From: Octopus vulgaris
Taxonomy: Eukaryota
DNA: 64,000 nt
Direction of reading: 5' to 3'
NCBI GenBank assembly: GCA_951406725.2
Contig: OX597815.1
Coordinates: 6,944,001-7,008,000 of the forward strand
Numbering within the stretch: position 1 is the first letter of the stretch; every line of letters begins with the position of its first letter. The notes under the pieces are model-generated. The model was not told where the DNA came from. It saw nothing but the letters and a program-made list of their open reading frames with translations, and did not search any database. This document shows, piece after piece, positions 50,559 to 63,825 of the stretch. Both the position numbers and the translations under genes were made by a program.

Positions 50559-52184
50559 GCATCGCCTTGCAGGCTCTTCTTAGTCTTACCAGCATCCTTC
50601 TCGTCCCTGATCCCCCTACTGAAAACACTCCCCTAATCATCAGAACGGAAGTGACTCATTGTAGACCTTACTCCAGCTAAGTCACTTGCTCTGGTTCCCT
50701 GTTATTATTTTGTTACTATCACCCTTGACCCTTGCCCATTCTCCTCACCCCTGCTCTTATTCTGTATGAGTCTCCTTTTTAAAAGACAACACATCATGTT
50801 TTTCACTGAAAAAAATGCTCATCTCTGTTAGACTGTGTTCACACCGCACGGTTTCAAACATAGTAGAGGAAGAGTAAAAATAAAACAAATATAAATAAAT
50901 AATACAAAAAAAAGAAAAAAAGAAAGGAAAGGAGCATTGTCTCTAATTCTTGACATTAGAGAAAAAAGTCCGTAGAGATACTTAATCACACAGCTTGGAT
51001 GAATGCTGCATGAAAGGGAGTTGTCTTCCCAACGACTGAATGAAGAAACAAATTCTATTTAGCTTGGAGATAGGGTGGTTTATGCCTGCCTGCGTGTGTG
51101 TCTGTGTGCGTGTTTGTTTGTGTCTGTGTGTGTTTTCTTTTTTTATTTCAACCTTTTAAAACGGAAATCAACAAAGTTTGATTTTTATAAGTTTAAGCTG
51201 CCATCATCGTTAATTAAAAAGATTTACAACACAACATCATTTGAAATTATTCCAGTCTCTTAAGAATCTTTTTTTTTTTTTTTTTCGTTGGAACATTGAA
51301 TATTTAGATTCATATTCACACTCTCTCTCTCTCTCTCTTTTTTTTCTTTCTTTCCCTTTCTCTGTGTATGCACCCCTTCATTTCCTTTGTGATGTTAGTT
51401 ACCACCCAGTTTATTTGTGAATACAAAATCTGCTACAAAACTCTTCAGTCCAGGTTTCTCTCTCCTTATCTTCCTCCTCTCCTTATCTTCTTCCTCTCTA
51501 TTTCTCTCTCCTTATCTTCCTCTCTATTCCTCTCTCCTTATCTTCCCTTATATTTCTCTCTCTTTTCTCGATTTCAACCCCACCACCATCTCTCTCTCGG
51601 TTTTACCCCAACCCAATCCTACGGCTGTCGCATGCTTCTTTCGTTCCATTCATAATTCCATTAACTGAATACAGATTTTCAAAAATAGTTTTCCTTATAT
51701 TGCTATTTTAACTCTTTCATCAATTATTTTTCATGAAATTCCAAAAGCTCACATTTTAAAGTAATTTAGCATTTCTTCCATTTAAAAATTATTTCAGTTT
51801 TAAACGAATTCATAACTTCATCAAAATCATTTGGAATTTGGAGTTAGGGTTCCAGTGAGCTGCCCCCTTCCCTTTGCTCTATGGAATACAAGAAAACTAT
51901 TTCTCGCGCTTCAGTAATGCTCTTTCAAAAGACAGAATGCTATAAATAGACCCCCCCCTCCTGTCATTTCTAGGAATTTCATGGTCAGATCACATTATCA
52001 TGGATCTCAAAAGTTATCCCATTTCTCATATTAAAAAGAAAAGATGCCATCTCATCTTCTGGAAGGGAAAAACCCCACAAACCCTCCTCTCATACCTCAC
52101 AAATTTAATTTCTTTGCAACAGTTATCGATTAGACTGAATGTATGTATCCCTCTGTATGTGTGTGTCTGTGTGTATATATGTAC

Positions 52185-52219
<35 letters not shown>

Positions 52220-52709
52220 TATATAAATATGCACAAACACACACACTTACATACACAGATGTCTGGTTGCATTAATTTCAACAAGATCTCAGGGTGCCAT
52301 AATTATGTTCAGTGTGGCTTCCTTTGTTAACTAGATCAGTTAGCAAAACACTACATGCCCTCCAAGGTCTGTGTACATATATGTATATATATATATATAT
52401 ATATAATATATAAATTAGAAAAAAACCCCACCTTTTATCAATTCAAAATGAACAATAAAATTACACCTTTTATTATTATTTTGCAATTTACTTAATCATC
52501 GTTATATTATTGTTATTTTATTTTTAATATTTCTATTATATGTAATTTTCTAGATGGTGTAATTTAATTGTTCATTTTGAATTGACAAAAGGTGGTTTTT
52601 TTTCTAATTTTTATATATATATATTATATTTTGTGAAATTTGATTTAGTATTTCTAAATTGAATTTTTTCCTGTAAGTTAGGAATAATATTCCCTCAAAT
52701 TATTATATG

Positions 52710-52752
<43 letters not shown>

Positions 52753-53248
52753 ATCTGTGTGATTGGTAGGATGTATATAATATTTCCGTGTGTATGTATA
52801 ATATTTATAAAGTGGCTTAAAGTTCCAGTACTGCGCTTTTAAGCTCAATCAAGTTGTTACTTGAAAGCCTGCTAAGTAGAGTGGTGTATCCTTAGGCGAG
52901 GTACACCACTCTACTTTACCTCCAGAGAGCCTTGCTGAAAACGCATGCTGCTCCTCACACTTATAGTTTATTTGGTTTACAGCTGTAAAAATACAATTGA
53001 TGCAACAGTTTATATGAGTTAATTTATAAATCAAAGGCGCATGCTAACATAGAAATTTGTACGTAAAGTAGTAAAATGGTTTACAACAAAAAAAAAAAGA
53101 AAAAAGAAAAAAAGTAAAAAAAAAAAAGTTTAAAAATGGAAAAAAAATTGCTCTCACTACTCAATTCAGAATCATATATTTCTCTCCGCTGATTATTTTA
53201 AGTGTTGCAGCTGTCATAGAGGTAAACCATAATAATGATGATGATAAA

Positions 53249-53282
<34 letters not shown>

Positions 53283-53450
53283 TGGTTGGTTTGAGACTCT
53301 CTGTGTAACTAAACTGAACTGTATTGTTTTCAACCTCACAACAAATCATGTTCATTCTTCGCTCTCTCTCTCTCCTCCGTCTCCTCCTCCTCCTCTCGCT
53401 CCATAGAACATTTTGATTAATTCTAAGGAAAACATAAATATATTTTTATA
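50559..53450 (+). other. Probable FAM76 3'UTR (end uncertain)
   Basis: Mostly SINE-free A/U-rich and CT-rich sequence after the stop; AATAAA at about 50879 and 50895, with further A-rich tracts near 53.1 kb. Confidence 0.45.
52410..52614. repeat. AT-rich fold-back element flanked by (TA)n in the putative 3'UTR
   Basis: Inverted arms of about 58 bp at 52410-52467 and 52556-52614. Confidence 0.7.
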
Positions 53451-53947
53451 TTTGTAACTCGTAGGTTTTATCAAACTCACAAATTGAGTTGAATATTTGA
53501 GAAATCTTAGCTTTGGTAGCCTATTTTCCGGTGAGCTTTAATTTTATTTGATGGTTTTTTAATGTTTGTAGACTTTGTTTGCAATTTCGATTCTTTTAAA
53601 CAGTTTTCTTGGGATGAAACGAGTGTCAAGGGTGCAGCGAATCATGTTTTAGCTTCCTTAATACGTTGAACTGCTACACGTACCACCAGTGGAACATTTT
53701 CATAATTTGAGAGACATTGCCAGATCAAGATTGGAGCCTGGTGCAGCAGCCTTCTGGCTTTCCAGCCCTCAGTCAAACCGTCTAACCCATGCCAGCCTGG
53801 AAAGTGGACGTTAATCTTTGATATGATTTCTAGGATATTTGAATAACATGAGTGCTAAAATATTACAGTTTAATTATGAAATATCGTAATATTGCACTGA
53901 GAGCAATGATGCACGAAACGTGTAGTATCACTGATAAATTCCAGTAA

Positions 53948-54326
53948 TGGAAGCACTCCGTCGGATACGACGACGAGGGTTCCGGTTGATCCGAATCAAC
54001 GGAACAGCCTGCTCGTGAAATTAACGTGCAAGTGGCTGAGCACTCCACAGACACGTGTACCCTTAACGTAGTTCTCGGGGATATTCAGCGTGACACACAG
54101 AGTGACATGGCCGGCCCTTTGAAATACAGGTACAACAGAAACAGGAAGTAAGAGAAAGTTGTGGTGAAAGAGTACAGCAGGGATCACCACCATCCCCTGC
54201 CGGAGCCTCGTGGAGCTTTAGGTGTTTTCGCTCAATAAACACTCACAACGCCCGGTCTGGGAATCGAAACTGCGATCCTATGACCGCGAGTCCGCTGCCC
54301 TAACCACTGGGCCATTGCGCCTCCAC
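53948..54326 (-). mobile_element. Young full-length tRNA-derived SINE (family F) with 12-bp TSD
   Basis: TSD AAATTCCAGTAA at 53936-53947 and 54327-54338; A-box TGGCCCAGTGG and B-box GTTTCGATTCC; CpGs intact. Confidence 0.9.
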
Positions 54327-55328
54327 AAATTCCAGTAACCGGCAGTAGCAGTTAACATGTTAAAGCATCTTTCAATTGTTCAATTATTTGACTGTGTCTG
54401 TGTGTGTATGGGGGTTGTAACTATCTGGCTTGGACACTGCCTTCAAAGGTTTTTAGTCGATTTATATCGACCCAGGTACTTGTTTCATCGAATACGTCAA
54501 GCTGTCCTCTGGTGTAAGGGGATGTAACTCACAAGCTACTTTTGCTCATTGTAACAATAAATATATATATGTGTATGTATGTGTGTGTGTGTGTGTGAGT
54601 GCATGTTTTCTGGCAATGGATCACACAGAAATGGAATAATTGCTGGTAGGTAGCAGAACTGGGTACGTTTTTATGACATTTTACATAGTCTCTTGTCTCT
54701 TAGAATCAGTTTGAATAAGAAAAGACTTCGTCTAGTTTTATCTTGGTAGTCACATCTTCTGTTATTTCATGTCCAACATCATAGAATCTATGGCGCTGAA
54801 GAAACATTAAATATTTTTTTTACTATTGTAAAATATCTCAACCTCATTCTCTTTCTCACGAACAGGATTTTTTTTTTCCATATAGTCAGGGTTTAGTGTG
54901 TTTTTAATTGTAAATTAAATTACTTTGAAATTAAATTTTCACTTCTAATTAATTTGACAAATCGTGTGTCTGAAGTCTTATTTTGTGACCTAAATCAAAT
55001 TTTGCCATTTTTTCTTCACTTTCCAGTCAAGTCTTGGTTTATTCTTGCAATTTAGAGAACCTGCGTTGCTCGTTTTGATTATGTTTACAGGACCAACGTT
55101 GGCAGGGGAAAAAGGATTGGTCAGTTGGATTGATGTGGAAGTGTTACTAGTAATGGTACTTGCTTTACTGGAACCAGAAAGCTTGAAGTCTGGTGAATCA
55201 TCAAACCCCACAATGGACCACACCATTATTACATTTCATATAGCAGACTAAAGCTTTATGAGGGGATTTGCAAGATGGAAACTGGAAGAAGCCCAGCATG
55301 TGTGTGTATATGTATATGTGTGTATATG

Positions 55329-55384
<56 letters not shown>

Positions 55385-56672
55385 TATATACAGATATGTA
55401 TACATATATATATGTATGTGTGTGTATATGTTTGTCTCCTTAGCATTGCTTGACAACCGATGCTGGTGTGTTTACGTCCCCGTCACTTAGCGGTTCGGCA
55501 AAAGAGACTGATAGAATAAGTACTGGGCTTACAAAGAATAAGTCCCGGGGTCGATTTGCTCGACTAAAAGGCGGTGCTCCAGCATGGCCGCAGTCAAATG
55601 ACTGAAACAAGTAAAAGAGTATATGTGTGTATATATATATATTGGTACAAGGATGATGATGATGATGTGGCTGTGTAGTAAGAAGCTTGCTTCCCAACCA
55701 CGTGGCTCAGAGTTCAGTCCTACTGTGTGGCACCTTGGGCGCAAGTGTTTTCTACTATATCCTCTGGCCAACCAAAGCCTTGTGTATGGATTTGGTAGTC
55801 GGAAACTGAAAGAAGCCTGTTGTATATGTGTGTGTGTGTTTGCATCTTTGTGTCTGTGTTTGTCCCCCTACCACTTGACAACCGGTGTTGGTGTGTTTAC
55901 GTCCCCGTCACTTTGTGGTTGGGCAATAGAGACTGATAGAATAATTACTAGGTTTTAAAAAACTAAGTCCTGGGGTTGATTCATTTGACTAAGAATTCTT
56001 CAAGGCGGTGCCCCAGCATGGCCACAATGTAATGGCTGAAGCAAGTAAAAGATAAAAGATATATGTCTGTGTGTCCCCTTATCTTGACACATCGTGTGAT
56101 GTTTATCAACAAACGTCACTATCATAACAAGCCGTGTTATTTGTTTCCAGTTTTTCATGAGATGCTTGTCTGGCCATGGGGCCAGATATTGCCTTGACAA
56201 ATTCCGTCTGACCCTTGCAAGCTGGAAAAAGTGGATGGATGATAGCATTTTCAATCTTGGCTCCCTTAATCTGTCTGACATTGACTTCTAAACTTTGTTA
56301 CAGGTTGTACATTCCTGGTAGGGAGCACGGCCAATTAAATTGATCCCTGTATATTGATCGGTACGCATTTTAAGGGACCCTCAGAATGATGGAAAGCAAA
56401 ATTAGATTCAGGAGAAATCAGAGAATGAGGAATGTTACGAAATATTACAAATGTGTGTGATTGATTCTGTTAGGAACTAGCTTAGGTTGATGGTAAATGT
56501 TGAACCTGTCAGTGGCCACCACTCCTTGAAAACTCAAACGTAGGTAGGAAGTGTTGCAGAAGGAAGCAGACAGCACTTGGAATCACAATTCTCTTTGTTT
56601 TTGTGATTCAACTAAAGCATAAAAAAAGAAAGGGATTGCTCAGTTTGCTGGAAATAACTGCCAAATTATACT

Positions 56673-57000
56673 CCATTATTAGAAAATTACTATTTGTAAA
56701 TCTCATAACGTGAGATGTTCAGCCGCAGTACTTTGGAGTAAAGATTGTTTGCCAACATAACATGGCTGTCCTGGTTTAGGACGAATGTTGCTGTAATTTA
56801 GCCCCAAGAGACATCATTCCCAGCTGGCTTTACGACACGATCTGTGTCCTTATATTTTTCAAGCAAGGGAATCTAGCACCCCCATTCAGCTCAAAACAAT
56901 ATCCGTGTATCGCGATTTCCGGGTCTCCTGGGGACAAATTACAGCAACGTTCTTCCTAAACCAGGACTGCCATGTTATTTCGGCAAATAATCTTTACTCC
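56673..57000 (-). mobile_element. Truncated hammerhead-family element with an inverted terminal segment
   Basis: 78-bp inverted arms 56735-56812/56923-57000; half hammerhead (GAAA-UCGCGA-UA-CACGGA on minus strand, 56902-56919) is cut at the inversion junction. Confidence 0.6.
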
Positions 57001-57090
57001 ATTGTCTTCGAAAAAGACACGGCAATTAAGGTTGAAACATGGCTTTGGCCTGTGACCAACAAAAAGGGGTCTCTTATCTGTTGATGTGAT

Positions 57091-57318
57091 TTAACCCTTT
57101 AGCATCCAGATAACTCTGTCAAATGTAATCCTTATTTATTCACATAGTTTTGAATTAAGCATGGATTATCTCATAGCTTCAAGATTTCAGTGAGGTGGTT
57201 GTTTATTTTTAGAATGGCATTGTAGAGTAGGTGTGAGAGGCTGGATCTGGCCAGTTTGAACATAAAAACAGGTGGACTATTTGGGCTGGACATGTCTGGT
57301 TTATATGCTAAGGGGTTA
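57091..57318. mobile_element. Second TTAA-flanked MITE family (also 58239-58465 and the host of the 43.9-kb array)
   Basis: TTAACCCTTTAGCAT...ATGCTAAGGGGTTAA termini. Confidence 0.8.
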
Positions 57319-58707
57319 ATATTGATTCTGTTTAGAAAGATTAGTAATTGAAGATAACTGACAGGGAGATTAGAGCTATAAGACTCGTGACTGAAAATCC
57401 CTGAGTTGGAGAAATATGGTTGATATCTGAAAATTCCTGAGAGAGAAATTACAACTACAAGGGTTTTTTTTATATATATATATATATATTGGCTTTTAAT
57501 TTTATTTATTTCATTTTGTGCTTCCATAATCTTACTTGATCATATTTTTAGTTACAAATTCATTTCTCAAAGTTTTTTTTTTTTTTTCTGCATGAATGAA
57601 ACGCCATCTGGATTTACTCTCAACAACATCTCTTGTTTATTTTTCTCTGCCCTTAAGAGATACAATACTGTCTTTATACTGGCACTTGTGCCCTGTTCTG
57701 GTAGGGTGCTAGGAGCACCATCTGAGCGTGATCGTTGCCAGAGTGGCTCACTGGCTTCCATGCCGGTGGCACATAAAAGGGCACCATTCAAGTGTGATCG
57801 TTACCAGCGTCGCCTTACTGGCACATGTAAAAACATTTGAGCTAGGTCATTGCCAGTAACGCCTGACTGGCCCCCGTGCCGGTGGTACGTAAAAGCACCC
57901 ACTACCCTCACGGAGTGGTTGGCATTAGGAAGGGCATCCAGCTGTAGAAACTCTGCCAGATCAAGATTGAAGCCTGGTGCAGCCATCTGGTTCGCTAGCC
58001 CTCAGTCAAATCGTCCAACCCATGCTAGCATGGAAAGCGGACATTAAACGATGATGATGATGATTCTAGTGTGTTTTCAAAGTTCCAAGTACTTTTGCAA
58101 GAAACCACCCAACACAGATCTCAACCGTCTAATGCCAACTGTTGTTTTCTCGTTATTTCACCTCTTTTAATTTAAAGAGCCTTGATCCAGTTATCGTGGT
58201 AAGGGGCGAGGGCAATGTTTTGTTTTAAGTTTTTCAGTTTAACCCTGTGGCATTTAAACTGACCATATCTGTCCCAAATCTTCTGCCTGTTTTATGTTCA
58301 GACTGGCCAGATGTGGCCTCTCATGCCTATCCTACAATGCCATTCCAAAAATATACAATCTCATCAGTGAAATTTCAAAACTATGGGATAATTCAGGATT
58401 AATTCAAAACAATGTAGATTAATAAGGATTACGTTTGACAGAGAAGTCTGAATGCTAAAGAGTTGAGTTGCAACAAATAGTCTTGAAAGTAGCAAAAGAA
58501 ATGAATGTGAGGTTGATGTGTCTGGACGACTGATGTAGTCAGAGGTTTGGGAAGTTGCTGTGACCATTGCTCTGTTCTTAGGCAAGGTACATCACTCTAC
58601 TTGGCTGGCATTAGCTTTCATGTGTATCTATCAGAAGGAAAGGACAGACAGACAGATATAGTTCTAAAACTAAAACTAATCCCTGCAATAATATACAAAT
58701 ATATTAA

Positions 58708-59120
58708 GGCGGCGAGCTGGCAGAATCGTTAGCACGCCGGGCAAAATGCTTAGCGGTATTTCGTCTGTCGTTATGTTCTGAGTTCAAATTCCGCTGAGGT
58801 CGACTTTGCTTTTCATCCTTTCAGGGTCGATAAATTAAGTACCAGTTGCGTACTGGGGTCGATATAATCGACTTAATCCGTTTGTCTGTCCTTGTTTGTC
58901 CCCTCTGTGTTTAGCCCCTTGTGGGTAGTAAAGAAATAGGTATTTCGTCTGTCGTTACGTTCTGAGTTCAAATTCCACTGAGGTCGACTTTGCCTTTCAT
59001 CCTTTCGGGGTCGATAAATTAAGTACCAGTTACGCACTGGGGTCGATATAATCGATTTAATCCGTTTGTCTGTCCTTGTTTGTCCTCTCTGTGGGTAGCC
59101 CCTCGTGGGTAGTAAATAAA
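58708..59120 (+). mobile_element. tRNA-derived SINE family B, often with an internally duplicated body
   Basis: Head GGCGGCGAGCTGGCAGAA..GAGTTCAAATTCC and core GTCGACTTTGCCTTTCATCCTTTCGGGGTCGATAAA, which resembles Deu/Nin-type domains from memory. Other copies at 2248-2483, 3876-4255, 15966-16108, 18058-18218, 18930-19322, 26238-26467, 32338-32703, 36201-36412, 39272-39486 and 43478-43690. Confidence 0.85.
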
Positions 59121-59831
59121 TAGATAATATACAAATATCCATGTTTAGGAAACCCAACCATGTTGTGTGCTGCATGAGACGGGTGGAGAGAGAGACAATT
59201 GTACCTGCCAATTAATGGGGATAAAAAAGGAAAAAAACAGATAGCAAAATTTCCTGAGGCCAACAACAGCTAAAATTAGTGTATTTATGGATATTTCAGT
59301 TGTCATTGGAAGCTACATGTTGGTCGTTATTACAGTATAACTTTAGTACAACTGTCAGAACCAACCAGCTTCTCCTTGGACTGGTCCACATTTTCCTTTG
59401 GACTTTTCACAAACTTAATTCAAACTGCTTTTTATTTATTTTAATTTTTTTAAATTTTATTTTTTAGCAGCTAGTAAATGTTCTTGTGAGGTTATTTAAT
59501 TTAATTTATATCTAATAACGTTCTCTCATAATGCAAATAAATGTATTTTACTAAATGATGTTATTTATCGCATAAGTTAATCGCATATCGATCGCCACTT
59601 TTTGTCCTTTAAGTGAAGGTAATAATTTAGAAGAATTCATTGACTCTGGAATATGGAAGCTATTTCTTCAATTATTCTTGTGTTTGGTCAAGCAGTGAAT
59701 GGTGGAGTTTCAAAAATGCAAGTGCCAATAGAGAAATAAAGGGAAAGTTTTGAAGTTTTATCTAAGATATTCTGATTTTCTTTTGAATATTTTAAATGAA
59801 AACTATAATTAATGTGTTTCTCAATTAGATT

Positions 59832-60150
59832 TTTTTTATTATTTATGCGCCCTCTTCCAGCCTAGCCAGGCTCATGGGCCCGGTTTCCCGGTTTTTGTGG
59901 CGCATGTGTTCCCCCCAGCTGGACGGGACGCCAGTCCATCGCAGCGTTACTCAAGAAACAGGAAGAGAGAGTGAGAGTAAGTTGGGGCGAATGAGTACAG
60001 CAGGGGTCGCCACCACCCCCTTGCCGGAGCCTCGTTGGGCTTTTAGGTGTTTTCGCTCAATAAACACTCATAACGCCCGGTCCAGGAATTGAAACCGCGA
60101 TCCTCCGACCACGAGTCCGCTGCTCTAACCACTGGGCCATTGCGCCTCCA
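59832..60150 (-). mobile_element. Young SINE with a family F head, a different tail and an 11-bp TSD
   Basis: TSD TCAATTAGATT at 59821-59831 and 60151-60161; A-rich tail. Confidence 0.88.
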
Positions 60151-60729
60151 TCAATTAGATTATTAAATATAAAAAACATTATTGTGTTTCTTTTTCTTTT
60201 TTTTCTTCTTTTTTTTAAAGAAAACTACTTTACTTTTATCCTCATCTGTTTTGAATTTTGTCGTTTTTATTCTCTGTTTTCTAAAGAAATCAAAATTTTT
60301 ATAAAACAAAATAAACATTTTTTTAATTTCTTTTTAAATGAACATTCAAAAACTAGCTCCACATTAAAAAAAAAACAGGAAAATTCAGACGAATAAATTT
60401 ATTATTGTTGTTCCGTAACAACAACAACAACAATAATTAAAATGATAATCATAATATTGATTGTATTATGTTGATTTTTATTTACATTTCTCGGATCATA
60501 TTTTCCTAAATGAACTTCACTAATTACTTCGTTAAATTTCCTGATCAAACTAGTTTATGTGACCACCACCACTAAACCTCCAAATTACTACCTTCTCATC
60601 ATCCACTTTGCCCTTGTTCCTTTCATCCCTTCCATAACATCCTCATTTCTTCCATTCTGTTAATATTTCTCTCAGTTTATTCACCCAATCCTTGTTTCAC
60701 CTCCTCCTCCTCCTCCTTCCACTCCTCTT

Positions 60730-60760
<31 letters not shown>

Positions 60761-60910
60761 TTTCCCCCGTCCCCCCTCCCAACTTCCCACTCTATGATAC
60801 AAACTAATTTTTCTGTATTCAACTTTATTGAAATAAATAAATAAAATTAATATATATGATATTTAATAGAATCAACGCTTTGTTTTATTTCTTTCTTTCA
60901 TTTCCTTCCA

Positions 60911-62300
60911 AAAGCACCATAGGAGCATGGTTGGTGCCAGTGCCGCCTGACTGGTTCCTGTGCTGGTGGGACACAAGAAGCACCATTCAAGCATGGTCAA
61001 TACCAGTGCCGCCTGACTGGCTCCCATGCCAGTGGCACATAAAAAGCATCATTTGAGCATGGTTGGTGCCAGTGCCGCCTGACTGGTTCCTGTGCTGGTG
61101 GGACACAAGAAGCACCATTCAAGCATGGTCAATACCAGTGCCGCCTGACTGGCTCCCATGCCAGTGGCACATAAAAAGCATCATTTGAGCATGGTTGGTG
61201 CCAGTGCCGCCTGACTGGTTCCTGTGCTAGTGGGACACAAGAAGCACCATTCAAGCATGGTCAATACCAGTGCCGCTTGACTGGCTCCCATGCCAGTGGC
61301 ACATAAAAAGCATCATTTGAGCATGGTTGGTGCCAGTGCCGCCTGACTGGTTCCTGTGCTGGTGGGACACAAGAAGCACCATTCAAGCATGGTCAATACC
61401 AGTGCCGCCTGACTGGCTCCCATGCCAGTGGCACATAAAAAGCATCATTTGAGCATGGTTGGTGCCAGTGCCGCCTGACTGGTTCCTGTGCTAGTGGGAC
61501 ACAAGAAGCACCATTCAAGCATGGTCAATACCAGTGCCGCCTGACTGGCTCCCATGCCAGTGGCACATAAAAAGCATCATTTGAGCATGGTTGGTGCCAG
61601 TGCCGCCTGACTGGTTCCTGTGCTGGTGGGACACAAGAAGCACCATTCAAGCATGGTCAATACCAGTGCCGCCTGACTGGCTCCCATGCCAGTGGCACAT
61701 AAAAAGCACCATTTGAGCATGGTTGAAGCCAGTGCCACCTGACTGGCTCCCATACCGGTGACTCATAAAAAGCACCAGTCAAGCATGGTCGATGCCAGTG
61801 CTACCTGACTGGCTCCCATGCCCATGGCAAATAGAATGCACCATTTGAGCATGGTTGGTGCCAATGCCACCTGACTGGCTCCCGTGACGGTGGCACATAA
61901 AAAGCACCATTTGAGAATGGTTGATGCCAGTGCCGCCTGACTGGTTCCTGTGCTGGTGGAATGTAAGAAGCACCATTCAAGTGTGGTTGATGCCAGTGTC
62001 ACCTGACAGGCTCCCATTCTGGTGAGTCACAAAAAGTGCCATTCAAGCATGGTCAATGCCAGTGCTGCTTGACTGGCTGCCATACTGGTGGCATGTAAAA
62101 AGCACCAATCATGCATGGTCAATGCCAGTGCCACCTGACTGGCTCCTGTGACGGTGACATGTAAAGGACACCATTTGACCGTGATCGATGCCAGAGCTGC
62201 CTGACTAGCTCCTGTGCTTGTGGCACATAAAAAGCACCATTCAAGCATGGTTGATGCCAGTGCCGCCTGACTGGCTCCCATGCTGGTGGCGTGTAAAAGC
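60911..62300 (+). repeat. Minisatellite of about 21 x 66-bp units within an RTE 3'-UTR copy; six near-identical 132-bp dimers at 60929-61720
   Basis: Dimer starts at 60929, 61061, 61193, 61325, 61457 and 61589; the array ends in the normal RTE tail at 62300-62447. Confidence 0.92.
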
Positions 62301-62920
62301 ACCCACTACACTCTCGGAGTGGTTGGCATTAGGAAGGGCATCCAGTTGTAGAAACCTTACCAGATCAGACTGGAGCCTGGTGCAGCCCTCAGTCAAACCA
62401 TCCAACCCATGCCAGCATCGAAAACGGACGTTAAACAATGATGATGATCGTCGTCGTTTCATCATCGACTTTTCCATGCTTGCATGAGTCGGGCAAGGGT
62501 TTTACTGAAGCAGGTTCTCTCTGCTCAGGTGTGCCTCCTGTTACCAACCCTCACCTGTTTCCAGTCCAAGGCATATTTCCCCCTTTGCCAGACGTGTCTT
62601 CACACAACATTGCAAGCGAATGTCTCTGCTTGTATAACAGTGACACTCATTTACATCAATCACAAAGAGATGTAAATACACACACACACACACTCGTTTT
62701 ATTATCTTCTTGTTTCAGTCATCAGACTGTGGCCATGCTGGGGCTCTGCCTTGAAGAATTTTACTCACTCAAATTAACCCCAGTGCTTATTTTTTGAAGC
62801 TTTGGTATTTATTCTATCAGTCACTTTCGCTGAACTGCCAATTTACAGGGATGTAAACACACCAACACTGGTTATCAAGTGATGGTAGAGGACAAACGAA
62901 GACACACACACACACACGCA

Positions 62921-63776
62921 TATGGTGCGGTGAATATATTGTCTAAATTACGCAAAAATGCAAATAAAAGTGACCTCTCATATTAACAGATATATTTACC
63001 AAAATTACATAAAAATATCTTGAAATTCTAAAGAGTAAATTAATTCAATAAAATCGCCATTGGCTTCAACCATGGTCTCCAGACGACTTTGGAATCTGCA
63101 ACTCTTCTGGATGGTCATGTTTAAATTGGTGAATTCTACCATAATCCTTGGCTTCAGTTCATCTTTGGTGTTACAAGGAGTTTTGTTGGTCTCTCACTCA
63201 ACTGTACCCCACACATAATAATCAAGGGGATTACAGTCTGGGGAGTTAGGTGGCCAGGTGTTAGGGGTGGTATGATTGCAGAAATTGTCTGACAGCCATG
63301 ACTGGGTTCTCCTGCTTGTGTGGCATGGTGCAGAGTCCTATTGCCAGACAGGGTCTTCCAACAGCCACCTTGTTGACCCAGGACAGCACTACCTCCTCAA
63401 AGCACTTGATGTAGGCGTCTGTGTTGAGTCTGAGGCTGTGTGGTAAGATAAATGGCGGCATAACATCGCCATCACTAGTGATCATTCCAAACACCATGAT
63501 GCTGACTGGGTGTTTAATTTTTATCACTCTTGGTACATGTCCTCAGATTGACACCAAAATATTCTGAAATGTTTGTATTGGAGTTTCCAGCATGAATGCC
63601 AAGTAGTAGAGCATGTTTCCAAATTTCTGGCGGAGTGAATTGCATTATGGTGCTGCTTTTCTCACAGACGGTGCCCAACTGACCCTACTGTACTGTGTAG
63701 TCAACAAAATCAAAAACAAACAATGAACATGTGCAAAATTAAAGATATAAAATGGCAACAATTTACCCATCGCACC

Positions 63777-63780
<4 letters not shown>
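62921..63780 (-). mobile_element. Internally deleted, decayed DD37D (maT-type) Tc1/mariner-superfamily transposon
   Basis: Minus strand KHPVSIMVFGMITSDG...WQ*DSAPCH...WPPNSPDCNPLDYYVWG, with exactly 37 residues between the last two catalytic Asp; stops and frameshift; degenerate TIRs 62921-62943/63757-63780. Confidence 0.85.

Positions 63781-63825
<45 letters not shown>

Noticed and set aside
54255-54326. tRNA genes
   Set aside because: The A/B-box regions are SINE heads with attached bodies and TSDs, and no complete cloverleaf could be built.
60911-62300. CRISPR-like regular array
   Set aside because: There are no unique spacers; the units are tandem copies of an RTE 3'-UTR subrepeat, the context is eukaryotic and there are no cas genes.
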